A DNA stretch of 64,000 nt from an uncultured delta proteobacterium (GTDB lineage Bacteria > Desulfobacterota > Desulfobacteria > Desulfobacterales > JAFDCJ01). Position 1 is the stretch's first letter. Every line of letters begins with the position of its first letter. The position numbers and the translations under genes were made by a program. Where the stretch lies: positions 352,001-416,000 of the forward strand of contig CAVYNY010000011.1 in the NCBI GenBank assembly GCA_963769935.1, in the 5' to 3' direction. The notes below the pieces were generated by a model. It had not been told where the DNA came from. It saw only the letters and a program-made list of their open reading frames with translations, and searched no databases. Shown piece after piece: positions 61,616-64,000 of the stretch.

Positions 61616-64000
61616 TTAGTCCGATTTTTTCATCATATTCATGAGGCCTTTGTACTGCAGCAGTTTGTTCAGCGGAAGCCGAAAGTTGACATCCAGGCGG
61701 ATGCCCTGAAATTTTGATCCTTCGGCATCCACTTCGACTTTCGCAAATCCGCCGATATCTTTGCGGTAGACAAACGGAAGCGTTTTGGCGGGTTTGCCGT
61801 CCATCTGCATCTGCAGCAGCAACTCTTCTCCCTGCGACGTTATATTCAGTTTGGCCCAGGAATAATCATAGTCTTTTAAGGCTTCACTGGCAAGTTCCAT
61901 TTGAACATACTGGGGCGTATCCGGTGGAATGCCGGCGGTCAGGGTTTCTGATCCGGTGATTCGAATCTTGCCGCCGTCCCCCGGGGTAGAGAATAAAAAT
62001 CCATCATCAAAGCTGATTTGGCCGTTCGCGTAATGCAGCGGAATGCGGCCGTTGACCGTCCCCCGGCCTTCAGCGGCCGCTGCGCCGAACTGTTCCAATA
62101 CCTTTGCCAGGTTAAGACGATCGCAGTAAAACGTTATGCGATAGTCTTCAATGCCGGGGGACAAACGCATTGATTGGGTCTCCACATGGCCGTCACACCA
62201 CAAAAAGTGCATCTTTTCAACCAGAAAAGAGCGGGCGGATTCGATCTGGAAATCAACGCTGCCCTTTTCGGCGGTCAAATCGCCCAGAGAAAATTTGCTG
62301 AACTGGATCTGCTGCTCGGGTGCACTGCGAATTTTGGGTAATTCCGGGAAGTTGAGAGACATACGAATTCCCTCCAGGGCCAGCTTGTTTTGCGGCGAGA
62401 GTAATCGGCCCTCATTGAAATCAGCACGCAGGTTGCCGCTGAACCCACGCCCATCCAGCCTAAAATCACCGTTAAGGTCAAATTTGCCGCTAATATGAAA
62501 TCCTTTGGCCTCCGGCAAGAACGTTCCCAGATCGATCTCCGGTGCACTGCCGGGGCGGGAGAGCTTCACCCGGACGGTCGAACTCGGGGCGGCCACGTTT
62601 AATAATCTGGATTCGCCGGTGAAATCCAGCTTTAAATTCGGCACCAGGGCGCTTTGATGCTGTCCTTCGAAGGCGAAACCGGTCGGGGTTTGGGCAATGC
62701 TGCCTATCATGCCGCCGAGGTTCATATCTTTATATCTCAGTCCGGCGATTGCGAAACTGCCTTTGTCGGTTTTTCCCTCCACCGGCCAGTTAAATGGAAT
62801 CTTGACCCGGGCGCCGTTGAGCCGGGCATTTAAGTCGGAAAATTTGCCGCCGGCGCCGGCAAATTGCACTACGCCGCCCAGCCTTATATGACGCCTATCA
62901 TCCCTATTAAGTTTACCGGAGACAGAAATTTCGGGAATTTTAATTTCAATTCCGTCGGATTTCAGGCCGGTATTCGGCGCCTGCAGATCAAAGGTGATGC
63001 GGGCGGCTGCTCCATCTTTTTCAGCCAGACCGGCCGTGCCTTTTAATACAACCCCTGGTATATAGATGGAGTCGGCTGCCGAGGCGATCCGGACTTCGGG
63101 TGCCGTGAGCGCATAGGCTGCTTCAATTTTGCGGGACGCCGCCTCGGCCGACAGATTAAAATCCGGGGGTGATAATGTTATCGTATACGATTCAACATTT
63201 ATCCGGACAGGTTTGGCGGCTGAGTCCCCGGTTCTGTTATTTGAGATCTCAAATTGCCATTTTGCGGGGTTTTGATACATGGCAGAAAATCGACCCGGCA
63301 TCGGCAAAGGGTCGCGGATTTTTACCGGCCAAGGATTCAATCCGGTTTGGCCGGAAGGATGCAAAACGACGTTAAAATTACCGCTGCTCTCAAACGCAGC
63401 CGCCTTTCTTTTTATGACGGCATCAAAGCCTTCCAGCGTCAGGGGCAGGGGGGCCGCCATCGATATCTTGCCGCAGGAGACCTGCCACTGGTTGTTGTCG
63501 AGTCCGATCAGATCGACCTGCCAGGGAATTTCCCGGCTCTGGGGGGAAATCTCATTTTGAAACTCAAGGCCGCCGGCCGCTATTTTACCGTGTCGCAGGG
63601 TTAGCGACGCATTGAGCGATGCCATGCGCAAAGGCGCCCAAAGCGCTTCGGCTTTTGCATGCAGGCTGACTTCACCGGTCAAAGTCAGGTCGGCAATCCG
63701 GCTGGTAATATCCGCCAAACAGCCCAGGTTCAACCCGGCGGTATCAACATTCACCTCAACCCTGCTTTGAATTCGGTTTACTTTTGCGGCGGCGCTAATT
63801 TTTTGGCCGCAGGGATACAGGCGGGCCTCAATGTTTAAAAGATTAAATTCGGCATCCTGCGGTACGATATCAACTTCAACCGGTATCCTGTAGAGTTGAT
63901 CCTCAAATGAGATGATTACCTGCGAATTGCGTATTGCCAGATACTTCACCGTAACCCAAGGCGCTGTATCACTGTGTGCCGCTTTTGATTTCTCCCCCTG
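61616..64000 (-). CDS. YdbH-domain (AsmA-like) protein, 5' end outside the window
   Basis: Frame open to the window edge; G.VNGRIPL..FDDGFLFS.PG.GG and ALKDYDY motifs; ydbH-ynbE-ydbL order. Confidence 0.78.
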   Translation of the reverse strand, partial: QGEKSKAAHSDTAPWVTVKYLAIRNSQVIISFEDQLYRIPVEVDIVPQDAEFNLLNIEARLYPCGQKISAAAKVNRIQSRVEVNVDTAGLNLGCLADITSRIADLTLTGEVSLHAKAEALWAPLRMASLNASLTLRHGKIAAGGLEFQNEISPQSREIPWQVDLIGLDNNQWQVSCGKISMAAPLPLTLEGFDAVIKRKAAAFESSGNFNVVLHPSGQTGLNPWPVKIRDPLPMPGRFSAMYQNPAKWQFEISNNRTGDSAAKPVRINVESYTITLSPPDFNLSAEAASRKIEAAYALTAPEVRIASAADSIYIPGVVLKGTAGLAEKDGAAARITFDLQAPNTGLKSDGIEIKIPEISVSGKLNRDDRRHIRLGGVVQFAGAGGKFSDLNARLNGARVKIPFNWPVEGKTDKGSFAIAGLRYKDMNLGGMIGSIAQTPTGFAFEGQHQSALVPNLKLDFTGESRLLNVAAPSSTVRVKLSRPGSAPEIDLGTFLPEAKGFHISGKFDLNGDFRLDGRGFSGNLRADFNEGRLLSPQNKLALEGIRMSLNFPELPKIRSAPEQQIQFSKFSLGDLTAEKGSVDFQIESARSFLVEKMHFLWCDGHVETQSMRLSPGIEDYRITFYCDRLNLAKVLEQFGAAAAEGRGTVNGRIPLHYANGQISFDDGFLFSTPGDGGKIRITGSETLTAGIPPDTPQYVQMELASEALKDYDYSWAKLNITSQGEELLLQMQMDGKPAKTLPFVYRKDIGGFAKVEVDAEGSKFQGIRLDVNFRLPLNKLLQYKGLMNMMKKSD

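Overview
Chromosomal window of an anaerobic deltaproteobacterium, inferred to be Desulfobacterales-like from gene content and intergenic repeat style. It is mostly housekeeping and metabolic. Gene content in order: glpD plus an alkyl-DHAP-synthase-like gene, rdgB, GTP-PEPCK, ampG, a RACo/Sir2/MBL/CBS-ACT/HDAC/CooC run, acyl-CoA dehydrogenase-phasin-ubiB, cysS, a Zur-boxed znuACB-zur locus, NrdR-boxed class II RNR, a two-component set, aroK, dinB, a small decayed patch, a ~17 kb nitrogen-assimilation cluster, purF, a radical SAM gene and ydbH-ynbE-ydbL. The nitrogen cluster holds a NifA-like GAF activator, glnA, P-II, amtB, glnD, glnE and a split glutamate synthase. No rRNA, tRNA, CRISPR array or intact transposase was seen. 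Most notable: (1) a candidate nitrogen regulon with no ntrBC in the window, where two consensus sigma-54 promoters each have a TACA-N4-TGTA palindrome 109-110 nt upstream and the same palindrome precedes the NifA-like gene; (2) many 7/8/9-bp-period tandem repeats arranged as inverted arms in most intergenic gaps, including nested insertions; (3) several collapsed pseudogene remnants; (4) four +1 frameshifts in housekeeping genes that are probably sequencing errors.
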